Source: Candidatus Kaiserbacteria bacterium
GTDB lineage: Bacteria; Patescibacteriota; Minisyncoccia; Phycocordibacterales; UBA2100
Assembly (NCBI GenBank): GCA_027082835.1
Contig: JALWTP010000025.1
Span: 1 to 55,020, forward strand
Reading direction: 5' to 3'
DNA: 55,020 bases
Every line of letters begins with the position of its first letter. Within the stretch, counting starts at the first letter, position 1. A program made the position numbers and the translations under genes. The notes under the pieces are model-generated. The model worked only from the letters and a program-made list of their open reading frames with translations. It was not told the origin of the DNA and ran no database searches. Positions 1 to 11,395 of this stretch are shown here, in pieces.

Positions 1-2
1 AG

Positions 3-599
3 AGGTCAGAGCATATACTTACGATAGAAGATCCGATTGAATATGTATTTAAGCCAAAAATGTCTTTGGTTGACCAGAGAGAGGTTAAGATAGACACAGA
101 AGACTTCGCTACTGCTCTTAGTGGTGCATTCAGACAAGACATAGATGTACTGCTTATAGGAGAGATGCGTGATCCACAGACAATGGCAGCCGCAGTAACT
201 GCCGCCGAAACTGGACATTTGGTATTTTCCACATTACATACCAATAACGCAGCACAGACGGTCAATCGTATAATAGACTCATTTCCACCTGACCAGCAAG
301 ATCAGATACGATTGCAGTTGGCATCATCTTTAGCGGGTATATTTTCTCAGAGATTGGTACCACGCATCGGAGGTGGATTGGTGCCGGCGTATGAATTGCT
401 TATAGCGAATAAGGCGGTTGCAAATCTCATACGAGAAAAAAGAACGCACGAATTGAATACGGTAATTGAAACCGGAGCAAAAGATGGAATGATTGATATG
501 AGTCGTACTCTTGCTGAATTAGTTGCCAGTGGTGAGATAAGTGCAGAAACAGCATATCAATATTCACTAAATCCTAAGATACTTGATAGACTTTTGTAA
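3..599 (+). CDS. pilT: Type IV pilus retraction ATPase PilT, C-terminal part (5' end lies outside the window)
   Basis: Frame is open from the window edge (ITIEDPIEYVF...). LIGEMRDPQTMAAAVTAAETGHLVFSTLHTNNAAQTVNRIIDSF is the PilT-type secretion ATPase core and tail. Confidence 0.8.
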   Translation, partial: RSEHILTIEDPIEYVFKPKMSLVDQREVKIDTEDFATALSGAFRQDIDVLLIGEMRDPQTMAAAVTAAETGHLVFSTLHTNNAAQTVNRIIDSFPPDQQDQIRLQLASSLAGIFSQRLVPRIGGGLVPAYELLIANKAVANLIREKRTHELNTVIETGAKDGMIDMSRTLAELVASGEISAETAYQYSLNPKILDRLL

Positions 600-607
600 A
601 AAACAAT

Positions 608-1816
608 ATGACACTTTTTAAATACACTGCAATAGATGACCAAGGACAGGAAAGGAGGGGTAGTATTGATGCTATCAATGAAGATGTTGCTATTGCTGCA
701 TTGCAAAGGAGATCTCTTGTAATTTCATCCATAAAGTCTACTGAAGAAAAAGATCTTCTCACTGGTGATATAAAATTCTTTGAGCGGATAACAAACAAAG
801 AAATTGTTATATTATCTCGCCAAATAACCACATTATTTGAGGCACAGGTATCTGCTTTAAGAGCATTTAGTCTTTTATCTAGTGAAACAGAAAATCCGGC
901 ACTGCGAAAAAGATTAACAAAAATAGTAAGCGATTTAGAGAGTGGATCAACAATTTCAGATGCACTTGCCAAGCATCCGAAAGTGTTTAGCCACTTCTAT
1001 GTTTCAATGGTAAAAACAGGTGAAGAAACCGGTAAGCTAGATAGTTCCTTTACATTCCTTGCCGATTATCTTGATCGTACCTATGAAGTCGGTGCAAAAG
1101 CGCGTAATGCATTAATTTACCCGGCATTTGTTATTGCAACATTTTTCGGCGTTATGATTTTGATGCTTACCACGGTAATTCCGAGATTATCAGATATTTT
1201 ATTGGAAACGGGACAAGCGATGCCGGTATACACAAGAATTGTTATCGCAGCAGGTTCATTTATGTCAAAGTATATATTTTTGATTCTTATTGCATTTATC
1301 GTAGGCGGAGTGTTTTTGTTTCGGTATGCACAAACAGAAAAAGGAAAGCGTTATCTAGCCAAAGCACGACTCAATATTCCATATGTGGGCGACCTATATC
1401 GCAAGCTTTATATGTCGCGTATAGCGGATAGTTTAAGTACAACACTTTCAAGTGGTATACAGTTGGTTCGCGGAGTTGAAATTAGTTCAGAAGTGGTTGA
1501 TGATCCGGTGTATGCACAGATATTGAAAAATGCAGCTAAAGAAATACAAGGAGGACGATCAGCGTCTGATGTTCTTGTTGAATATCCGCAGTTTCCCCAT
1601 ATCTTTATTGCAATGATGAAAGTGGGAGAAGAGACGGGAGATTTGGGAAATATACTCGAGACGATGGCAAAGTTTTATCGGCGTGAGGTAAATAATTCAG
1701 TAGATACATTAGTATCTCTTATCGAGCCTTTAATGATTGTGATGCTCGGTGCCGGAGTAGGATTTTTATTGGCTTCCGTTCTTGTGCCTATATACAATCT
1801 CTCTTCAGGGTTGTAG
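608..1816 (+). CDS. pilC: Type IV pilus platform protein PilC (GspF family)
   Basis: 402 aa with a duplicated GspF-type domain (VKTGEETGKLD and MKVGEETGDLG motifs) and hydrophobic segments. Sits directly after pilT. Confidence 0.85.
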   Translation: MTLFKYTAIDDQGQERRGSIDAINEDVAIAALQRRSLVISSIKSTEEKDLLTGDIKFFERITNKEIVILSRQITTLFEAQVSALRAFSLLSSETENPALRKRLTKIVSDLESGSTISDALAKHPKVFSHFYVSMVKTGEETGKLDSSFTFLADYLDRTYEVGAKARNALIYPAFVIATFFGVMILMLTTVIPRLSDILLETGQAMPVYTRIVIAAGSFMSKYIFLILIAFIVGGVFLFRYAQTEKGKRYLAKARLNIPYVGDLYRKLYMSRIADSLSTTLSSGIQLVRGVEISSEVVDDPVYAQILKNAAKEIQGGRSASDVLVEYPQFPHIFIAMMKVGEETGDLGNILETMAKFYRREVNNSVDTLVSLIEPLMIVMLGAGVGFLLASVLVPIYNLSSGL

Positions 1817-1981
1817 GTTATCCACAAAACAAGTGTGTTCGTACATAAAGTGGTAATACTGGCAGTATAATGAAAATACAAGGTGGGGGTCGGTCAACTC
1901 CTTAGATCTTGTAAACTGTGCACTCTGCAGAAATATACGCAGTGGGCAAGGTCAAATTATTATTTATAATAAAAACAATAT

Positions 1982-2401
1982 ATGCAAATATTTAGTAAAA
2001 ATAGAGGTTTTACATTGATAGAACTTCTCGTTGTGATTGCGATCATTGGAATACTTTCATCAGTCGTTTTGGCATCATTAAACTCAGCACGAACAAAGTC
2101 ACGAGATGCACGACGAATAGGTGATTTGAAGCAATTACAATTAGCGCTTGAGATGTATTATGATTCAAACAGCGGATACCCTACATCAACAGCAGCACTA
2201 AAGACTGCAGGATTTATTCCAACGGTACCAACTGATCCTAAGGATGGTTCAGCATATGGTTACGCAACAGGAACAAATGACTTCGTTCTTCGCGCTAAAC
2301 TTGAAACAAACAATAATGTACTTTCAAGTGACGTAGATGGTACTGTTAATACATTGGATTGTAGCGACTCTCCTACATACTATTACTGTATACAACCGTA
2401 G
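1982..2401 (+). CDS. Type IV (major) pilin with class III signal peptide
   Basis: N-terminus KNRGFTLIELLVVIAIIGIL is the prepilin cleavage/methylation motif. 139 aa, followed by a strong terminator. Confidence 0.85.
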   Translation: MQIFSKNRGFTLIELLVVIAIIGILSSVVLASLNSARTKSRDARRIGDLKQLQLALEMYYDSNSGYPTSTAALKTAGFIPTVPTDPKDGSAYGYATGTNDFVLRAKLETNNNVLSSDVDGTVNTLDCSDSPTYYYCIQP

Positions 2402-2426
2402 TAGTTTGTCACGTAAAACAGTAAAC

Positions 2427-2452
2427 AAAAAGCGCCAAGAGGCGTTTTTTGT
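2427..2452 (+). terminator. Rho-independent terminator after the pilin gene
   Basis: GCGCC-AAGA-GGCG hairpin flanked by an A-run and a T-run (aaaaagcgccaagaggcgtttttt). Confidence 0.7.
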
Positions 2453-2511
2453 TTGCTTGCTACACACAGATGTACATAGATAGCACACGAGGCACCGTGT
2501 ATACTGTATTT

Positions 2512-3333
2512 ATGTATCCAGAATTATACAGTACATTTATTTTCGGAGTCTTTGGTTTAATTGTAGGTAGTTATGCAAATGTGTATATACTGCGACTGCA
2601 CACAGGAAAATCCACAGGAGGTCGCAGTGGGTGTATGAGTTGTGGTGAGACACTTACTTATAGAGATCTTGTTCCGGTCGTTTCGTATTTTGTATTAAAA
2701 GGAAAATGTAGAAAATGCGGAAGTCATATTTCTCATCAGTATTGGCTTGTGGAAGCGACAATGGCTCTTTTGTTTGCATCTATTGGTTTTTACACACAGT
2801 TTATTTCACAGGGTATCTTTTCTGCATGGTTAGTGACACTACTTGTTATTATTACGGTTTATGATATTCGCCACACCATCATACCCAATGAAGTCGTATA
2901 TACATTTATAGCATCCCTTATAGCGATGCATATTTATATCTTATTTTATATACCTACTAGCGCAGTATTACCATATATTTTCAATGTTGTGGCATCAGGA
3001 ATTGTGGTTCCACTCCCATTATTTCTATTATGGTTGGTGTCTAAAGGGGCTTGTATGGGGTTTGGTGACATCAAGCTTACACTTGGGTTTGGCCTAGCAC
3101 TCGGTATATACAATGGTCTTAGCGCAGTATTTCTTGGTTTTATTATAGGGTCTATCATTGGGGTAGGAATAATAACTTCGCAAAAACTATCATATCAATA
3201 CTTTAAACGAGGAGCACAAACAATTCATATGAAAAGTGAAATACCTTTTGCTCCGTTTTTGATAGCAGGGTTTCTCCTTGTATATATATTTGGATTTGAT
3301 GTAATAGGTATTTTGCAAAGTATAACGCTATAA
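2512..3333 (+). CDS. pilD: Prepilin peptidase PilD (A24 family)
   Basis: CMSCGETL...CRKCGSHI zinc-type motif, multiple TM helices, GFGDIKL active-site-like motif. ATG at 2512 preferred because 2449 overlaps the terminator. Confidence 0.8.
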   Translation: MYPELYSTFIFGVFGLIVGSYANVYILRLHTGKSTGGRSGCMSCGETLTYRDLVPVVSYFVLKGKCRKCGSHISHQYWLVEATMALLFASIGFYTQFISQGIFSAWLVTLLVIITVYDIRHTIIPNEVVYTFIASLIAMHIYILFYIPTSAVLPYIFNVVASGIVVPLPLFLLWLVSKGACMGFGDIKLTLGFGLALGIYNGLSAVFLGFIIGSIIGVGIITSQKLSYQYFKRGAQTIHMKSEIPFAPFLIAGFLLVYIFGFDVIGILQSITL

Positions 3334-3342
3334 TATTGTTGT

Positions 3343-3990
3343 ATGAACATATTCTCTTGCAAGGATAAAACATTAATTGACTGTAGAGGATTTACTCTCA
3401 TTGAGATGATGGTAGCAGTATCATTGTTTGTGATAGTAATGACAATGAGTGTGGGAGCTCTTCTTGATTTGGTGAGCGCAAATCGCAAATCGCAAGCGCT
3501 ACAATCGGTTATGAATAATCTAAATGTTGCATTAGATGGAGTGGTACGAAATGTACGCATGGGAACTAATTATCATTGTGGAAATGCATCTACCGATATT
3601 TTTCCTTCAACACTCAGTACAAAGGCAGATTGTGTGGCAGGAGGCAATCTATTGGCGTTTGAGCCGTTTGGTGGGAGTGCCAGCAACACAGGAGATCAAG
3701 TTGTATATTGGATAGAGAATAAGCGACTTTATAAATCCACAGATTCTCGTGCAACAAAGATGGCTATGACTGCTCCTGAGATAGATATAGATTCATTCAG
3801 TGTGTATGTAACCGGCGCAGAAAAATCACTTAATGCTGATTTAGATAAGGTGCAACCGAAAGTGGTATTTGTTATATCAGGAACTGCGGGGGCTGCAGGG
3901 AATACAAAAAGCACTATAGGTACAAAGAAGAAAATACGCACTACGTTTCATATTCAAGCAGTAGCAACGCAAAGAGTATTAGATTTATAA
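3343..3990 (+). CDS. Minor pilin / pseudopilin
   Basis: CRGFTLIEMMVAVSLFVIVM prepilin-type N-terminus; lies within the pilus operon. Confidence 0.75.
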   Translation: MNIFSCKDKTLIDCRGFTLIEMMVAVSLFVIVMTMSVGALLDLVSANRKSQALQSVMNNLNVALDGVVRNVRMGTNYHCGNASTDIFPSTLSTKADCVAGGNLLAFEPFGGSASNTGDQVVYWIENKRLYKSTDSRATKMAMTAPEIDIDSFSVYVTGAEKSLNADLDKVQPKVVFVISGTAGAAGNTKSTIGTKKKIRTTFHIQAVATQRVLDL

Positions 3991-3991
3991 T

Positions 3992-4579
3992 ATGTATAAG
4001 AAACGATATATAAAACAAAAAATAAGAGGATTTACGCTTGTAGAGCTTGTTGTGGTTATGGGTATAGTAGTGGTTATCTCAACCATTACTCTCACCAGTT
4101 ATTCAAAATTTGGAGGAAGGATTTTATTGCGCAATTTGGCTTATGACATAGGTCTTACTATTCGACAGGCGCAGGTACATGGTATTTCCGCACAGCAATT
4201 TAATGGATCTGGATTTTCTAGTGGGAATGGTATTTTTATAGATTTAAATACCTCAAATACTCAATTTATACTATATACTGATTCAAAAAATGGCGATGGA
4301 TTTTATACTGTTGGACAAAATGAATTAATGGACACTTATACTCTCGGTCGAGGATATACCATACAAAAAATTTGTGTAACTTCTAGTGGAACTGAGTACT
4401 GTGATGCAACAAAAACAGACATATTATTTAAGCGACCGGAACCCGATGCTATTATTAGAGCGTATAGAGGGAATAGGTGGTCTGTATATGATAGTGTGAG
4501 GATGCATCTCGTTGCTCCACAAGGATATGCAATTAATGTATTGGTGGAAGCGTCAGGGCAGATTTCAATTCAAAATTAA
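3992..4579 (+). CDS. Minor pilin / pseudopilin
   Basis: IRGFTLVELVVVMGIVVV prepilin-type N-terminus. Confidence 0.75.
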   Translation: MYKKRYIKQKIRGFTLVELVVVMGIVVVISTITLTSYSKFGGRILLRNLAYDIGLTIRQAQVHGISAQQFNGSGFSSGNGIFIDLNTSNTQFILYTDSKNGDGFYTVGQNELMDTYTLGRGYTIQKICVTSSGTEYCDATKTDILFKRPEPDAIIRAYRGNRWSVYDSVRMHLVAPQGYAINVLVEASGQISIQN

Positions 4580-4582
4580 TAT

Positions 4583-5107
4583 ATGAACACAGTCACTAAA
4601 AATAAAGGATTTACCCTTATAGAAACACTAGTTGCTATTTCTGTGCTGGTGACTGCATTGGTTGCTCCGCTAACTCTTGCATCACAAAGTTTATTTGCGG
4701 CTGTATATGCAAAAGATCAGATTACTGGATTTTATTTGGCTCAAGAGGCCATAGAGTTGATTCGTGAAAAAAGAGATAACAACCTACTTGCTATTGTAAA
4801 TGGTGGAACTATAGATTGGTTACAAGGTATATCTACTACCAATAATCTTTTGGTTGATGTAAAAAATGACACAATATCTAATTGCTCTGGATCATGTTTT
4901 AATACACCACTAAAATATGATGGAACATTTTATACCTATACTACAGGTACTGATACTAGTTTCTCCAGGAGTGTGAAAGTAACAAGGGATGCAAATAATC
5001 CGAATGAAGCAGTGGTAGTTGCAACGGTACAGTGGCGCACCGGTACATTTAAAAAAAGAAACATAGAGATAAAGGAAAGGTTATACAACTGGGTACCATC
5101 AAATTAA
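4583..5107 (+). CDS. Minor pilin / pseudopilin
   Basis: NKGFTLIETLVAISVLV prepilin-type N-terminus. Confidence 0.75.
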   Translation: MNTVTKNKGFTLIETLVAISVLVTALVAPLTLASQSLFAAVYAKDQITGFYLAQEAIELIREKRDNNLLAIVNGGTIDWLQGISTTNNLLVDVKNDTISNCSGSCFNTPLKYDGTFYTYTTGTDTSFSRSVKVTRDANNPNEAVVVATVQWRTGTFKKRNIEIKERLYNWVPSN

Positions 5108-5117
5108 TGTATAAACT

Positions 5118-5633
5118 ATGAATAAATGTCTACAAAAAACAAAAGAAAGTATACAAACACGAGGGTTTACTCTTCTATACGCTTCTTTGATAGCGTCGCT
5201 ACTTACCGCACTGGGTATTGCTATGTTTGGTATTGCACAAAAAGAATTAACACTCTCATCTTTGGGTCGCGAGTCGCAATATGCATTTTATGCTGCAGAC
5301 ACTGGAGCCGAATGTGCTACCTATTGGGATTTTAAAAGTAATGCTTTTGCCACATCGACGGTGTTTGCTGGGAATGCAAAATGTGCCGGGAAAACATTAT
5401 CAGATTTTCCTACCGGTTATGAAAATGGGTTAGGAAATGATGGGGTTGCCGGATTAGGAGGCACCAACACCTCTACATTTTGGTTTGAAACTAATAGTCA
5501 TTGTGTATATGTACGAGTAACAAAAGCGAATAGTTATCCATATACAAAAATAGAATCATTTGGATACAATACTAAGTGTAGTGATGTAACTAATCCCCGT
5601 AGACTTGAGCGAGCGGTTCGATCAACCTATTAA
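5118..5633 (+). CDS. Pilin-like protein (PilX-like, degenerate prepilin N-terminus)
   Basis: TRGFTLLYASLIASLLTALGIAMF hydrophobic N-terminus; last gene of the pilin run. Confidence 0.6.
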   Translation: MNKCLQKTKESIQTRGFTLLYASLIASLLTALGIAMFGIAQKELTLSSLGRESQYAFYAADTGAECATYWDFKSNAFATSTVFAGNAKCAGKTLSDFPTGYENGLGNDGVAGLGGTNTSTFWFETNSHCVYVRVTKANSYPYTKIESFGYNTKCSDVTNPRRLERAVRSTY

Positions 5634-7981
<2,348 letters not shown>

Positions 7982-7982
7982 T

Positions 7983-9410
7983 ATGGATATATTAAACAGT
8001 ACAATAGAAGAACTAAGGAAAGCAATGGATGAAGGTGTACTTTCAGCGGTGGATGTGGCGAAAGCATATGAAGAAAATGCAAGAAATAGAAACGATGAGA
8101 TACATGCGTATTTGGAAATATTTGATGATGTAGAGGAGCAGGCGCAGCGAGCAGATGAGATGATTAAACGAGGTGAGATATATCCACTCACCGGAATACC
8201 GATTGCAATCAAAGATAATATTTTGATTAAAGGGCGTATTGCCAGTGGTGCTTCAAAGATACTGGAGAACTATACGGCCTCGTACGATGCAACAGTAATA
8301 CAAAAGCTCAAAGAACAGGGAGTGGTATTTATCGGACGAACGAATATGGACGAATTTGCTATGGGGAGTTCTACGGAAAACTCAGCATTCGGAGAAACGA
8401 AAAATCCGCACGATACTACGCGTGTCCCCGGTGGGTCATCAGGTGGGTCTGCGGCAGCCGTTTCTGCGAATATGGCACTGGTGGCATTGGGAACCGATAC
8501 TGGTGGTTCAATTCGTCAGCCTGCGGCACTGTGTGGGGTAGTTGGATTCAAACCTACATACGGAGCAGTCTCGCGCTATGGTGCGATAGCAATGGGATCT
8601 TCACTTGATCAGATTGGTCCATTTGCACGAAACGCTCGTGATGCGCAGATGGTATTTGATGCAATAAAAGGAAGTGACTTTTATGACGCAACCTCTCTTT
8701 CCGAGAGTACTTTGAAAGAGCCACATAAACCTAAAAAGATAGGTGTACCGCGACATTTTCTTACCAAAGGGGTGGATAAAGAGATTATGGAAGCGTTTGA
8801 AGCGAATTTAAAGAAACTTGAACAAAACGGATATGAGATAGTAGATATTGAACTACCTTCAATAGAATATGCTCTCGCGGTGTATTACATTGTGATGCCT
8901 GCGGAAGTATCTACTAACCTTGCGCGCTATGATGGTATCCGCTATGGCGTAGCGAAAAAGGGAGAGACGCTCTTGGACGATTATTCCAAAACACGAAGTA
9001 ATGGATTTGGTGATGAATCACGCCGAAGAATACTTTTGGGTACTTTTGTGCTTTCTTCAGGATACGCAGATGCTTATTATAGAAAAGCGCACGCGGTACG
9101 CGGGCAGATACGAGAAGATTTCAAAAAAGTATTTGAAAGTGGTGTTGACTGCATAGCGACTCCTACTACGCCAACACCTGCTTTCAAAATAGGAGAAAAG
9201 GCATCAGACCCGCTTGCGATGTACGCAGCTGATATTTTTACCGTACCCGTAAACCTTACTGGGGTTCCGGCAATATCTGTCCCTATGGGGAAAGTAGATA
9301 CTGATGGAGCTTCCCTTCCTATAGGAATGCAATTTATTGCACCGCAGTATCACGATGGAGACTTGTTTGAAATGGCAAAAGATTTTGAAAAGATAAATAA
9401 TATAAAATAG
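7983..9410 (+). CDS. gatA: Asp/Glu-tRNA amidotransferase subunit A
   Basis: Amidase signature GGSSGGSAAAV; 475 aa. Confidence 0.9.
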   Translation: MDILNSTIEELRKAMDEGVLSAVDVAKAYEENARNRNDEIHAYLEIFDDVEEQAQRADEMIKRGEIYPLTGIPIAIKDNILIKGRIASGASKILENYTASYDATVIQKLKEQGVVFIGRTNMDEFAMGSSTENSAFGETKNPHDTTRVPGGSSGGSAAAVSANMALVALGTDTGGSIRQPAALCGVVGFKPTYGAVSRYGAIAMGSSLDQIGPFARNARDAQMVFDAIKGSDFYDATSLSESTLKEPHKPKKIGVPRHFLTKGVDKEIMEAFEANLKKLEQNGYEIVDIELPSIEYALAVYYIVMPAEVSTNLARYDGIRYGVAKKGETLLDDYSKTRSNGFGDESRRRILLGTFVLSSGYADAYYRKAHAVRGQIREDFKKVFESGVDCIATPTTPTPAFKIGEKASDPLAMYAADIFTVPVNLTGVPAISVPMGKVDTDGASLPIGMQFIAPQYHDGDLFEMAKDFEKINNIK

Positions 9411-9411
9411 T

Positions 9412-10056
9412 ATGGATACTCACTCTACAATTACTCCACCTGCGTTTAATGATGTGGTACCACCAAAAATGGTGAACTCAAAAAACACATATACTCATAT
9501 TCAAGAGCAACCAACATTAGCACACGATGCACAGCAGTGGATATTAAACAATGTGTTTCCCAGTGTTTTCGGTGTCTCACTTTTGATATCAATGATACTT
9601 ATGGTGGGTATTTTGTATGCTATTTTGCGCGTGCGACAGATACGAGAAATGGAAGCGCTGAAATATAAAAGTCAGCCGATGACAGCACAGGCAAAGCGAA
9701 CATTCAAAATAGAAGATGCCCCTACAGAAGGAGCGCTTGGTGAAGTGCGATGGCAAGAGGTGATACGACACTCGTCGTCTGACAATCCAAACGATTGGCG
9801 GCAGGCGATACTGGAAGCAGATATTATGCTTGACGATCTAATGAGTAGAAAAGGGTATATGGGAGAGAGTTTAGGTGAGAAGCTCAAGCAGGCTAACAGA
9901 GGGGACATTCACACGATAGACAATGCATGGGAGGCGCACAAAATACGCAACAGGATTGCACACGACGGAAGTGACTTTAACTTAGATGAGAGGGAAACAC
10001 GCCGTGCAATACACCTTTACCGAAGTGTATTTGAAGAGTTGGGGTATATTGAATAG
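9412..10056 (+). CDS. Membrane-anchored protein with a C-terminal HEPN/DUF4145-like motif
   Basis: One TM helix (VFGVSLLISMILMVGILYAIL). C-terminal WEAHKIRNRIAHDGSDF contains an Rx4H box. Confidence 0.45.
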   Translation: MDTHSTITPPAFNDVVPPKMVNSKNTYTHIQEQPTLAHDAQQWILNNVFPSVFGVSLLISMILMVGILYAILRVRQIREMEALKYKSQPMTAQAKRTFKIEDAPTEGALGEVRWQEVIRHSSSDNPNDWRQAILEADIMLDDLMSRKGYMGESLGEKLKQANRGDIHTIDNAWEAHKIRNRIAHDGSDFNLDERETRRAIHLYRSVFEELGYIE

Positions 10057-10084
10057 TATCCAGATTCGTGATAGTGTGGTACGC

Positions 10085-10155
10085 AGCGGGGTGGAGAAGA
10101 AGTATCTCGCGGGGCTCATAACCCCGAGCCATCGGTGCAATTCCGGTCCCCGCAA
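10085..10155 (+). tRNA. tRNA-Met(CAU), initiator-like, with non-canonical D and T loops
   Basis: Hand-folded cloverleaf: AGCGGGG/CCCCGCA acceptor (1:72 A-A mismatch), anticodon arm CGGGG-CTCATAA-CCCCG (three G-C pairs next to the loop), T arm ATCGG-TGCAATT-CCGGT. Confidence 0.6.
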
Positions 10156-10166
10156 CATGTTTAAAG

Positions 10167-10196
10167 AAAAATCGAGCTATGCTCGATTTTTCTTTT
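10167..10196 (+). terminator. Rho-independent terminator
   Basis: AAAAATCGAGC-TAT-GCTCGATTTTT hairpin plus T-run. Confidence 0.7.
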
Positions 10197-10237
10197 GTGG
10201 GACAAAATGATTGAAAGATATATGGTAATATATAACC

Positions 10238-10919
10238 ATGGTCAAGAGTTCAGAAAAAATACAAGCAAGAATACTTAGAAAACGAGGAATTAGTATAACT
10301 GAAATAGCAAAACAGCTTAATGTTTCGAAAGGGTCCGTAAGTATTTGGTGTAGTGATATTATTCTTTCGGAAAAGCAAAAACGAGTTCTTTATGAAAACA
10401 AAATAAAAGGCGGGTTGATTGGCAGAATGAAAGGTGCAGAAAAAAAACAAACAGAAGCGTCTTGATCAACTGTCAAAATATGAAAAAGAGGGAGAATTAG
10501 AAATTAACGCAATTACAAAAAGAGATCTTCTTATGTTGGGAATTGGTTTATATTGGGGCGAAGGAACAAAAAGTAATTATGGAGGTCCCGCTGTCATTAC
10601 TAATTCTGATCCAAATGTTATTTTACTTGCAATGCGGTGGTTTCAGGAAAACTTTGGTGTTGCGGTAAAAGATTTTAGACCGTATATTTATATTTCTGAG
10701 ATACATAAGGAAAGGGAAGAAGATATAATGAATTTTTGGGTAGGCACTCTAAAAATACCAAAGAAACAATTTTTAAGAATTATTTTTCTAAAAAATCGTC
10801 CTAAGAAAAAATATGAGAATTATGATTCTTATTATGGTATATTATCGTTGCGTGTGCGCCGTAGTACGAACTTGAAATATAAAATATTGGGTTTAATTAA
10901 AGCGTGTGCACCAAAGTAA
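10238..10919 (+). pseudogene. HTH plus single-motif LAGLIDADG-like endonuclease, split into two ORFs (10238-10465, 10434-10919) at an A8 run
   Basis: ORF1 carries an HTH-like ILRKRGISITEIAKQLNVSKGSVSIW. ORF2 carries LGIGLYWGEGTK (LAGLIDADG-like, acidic E). The frames overlap at gcagaaaaaaaac. Confidence 0.55.
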
Positions 10920-10923
10920 ATAT

Positions 10924-10997
10924 GTCGGCGTAGCTCAGTTGGTTAGAGCGAGCGTTTCATACGCGCTAGGTCGGAGGTTCAAATCCTCCCGTCGACA
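10924..10997 (+). tRNA. tRNA with CAU anticodon (elongator Met or Ile2; cannot be decided by eye)
   Basis: GTCGGCG/CGTCGAC acceptor, GCTC-AGTTGGTTA-GAGC D arm, AGCGT-TTCATAC-GCGCT anticodon arm, GGAGG-TTCAAAT-CCTCC T arm. Confidence 0.85.
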
Positions 10998-11226
10998 CAC
11001 ATAACACATAGAACAAAACACGAGCAGTGTTTTGTAATGATGTGGTATTGGCGACGAGAGGATTTGAAAAGAGGTGTCGGTATACAAGACGAACGAAACG
11101 AAGTGGAGTGAGGGCTTGTCGACACCGGCGGGGTCGCGTCGCTTGATATTTTAGAGCGCAAAGCGCGAATAAAATATCTAGCAAAGGTGACCAAATCCTC
11201 CCGTCGACACACATAACACACAGAAC
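10980..11226 (+). repeat. 35-nt direct repeat (10980-11014 and 11192-11226) duplicating the tRNA T-loop to 3' end plus trailer; offset 212 bp
   Basis: caaatcctcccgtcgacacacataacaca[t/c]agaac occurs twice. Confidence 0.9.
11058..11200 (+). ncRNA. Candidate structured element (three-way junction), tRNA-Met-linked copy
   Basis: Anti-T box GAGGATTTGAA 11058-11068; hairpin GGTGTCG/CGACACC 11073-11126; long hairpin 11132-11192; closing partner CAAATCCTC 11192-11200. Homologous to 12218-12340. Confidence 0.4.
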
Positions 11227-11245
11227 CACACACTATTTCTTGAAA

Positions 11246-11274
11246 TAAAAAACGCCCATATGGGCTGTTTTTTA
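11246..11274 (+). terminator. Rho-independent terminator
   Basis: A-run, GCCCATATGGGC palindrome, T-run. Confidence 0.65.
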
Positions 11275-11395
11275 TACTGCGCGAACGAAGGGACTTGAAT
11301 CTTTAATATCTTCGTATAGAAGTTAAGTATATGCTACACATAAAGTTGAGCATATATTGGTTGTAGATTTTGCCTGTCATTGTTATTATATACAT

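Noticed and set aside
1817-1981. Possible c-di-GMP or other riboswitch in the long leader upstream of the pilin gene
   Set aside because: I could not find the conserved GEMM-type or other riboswitch cores by eye; only weak hairpins are present. It would need an Rfam scan.
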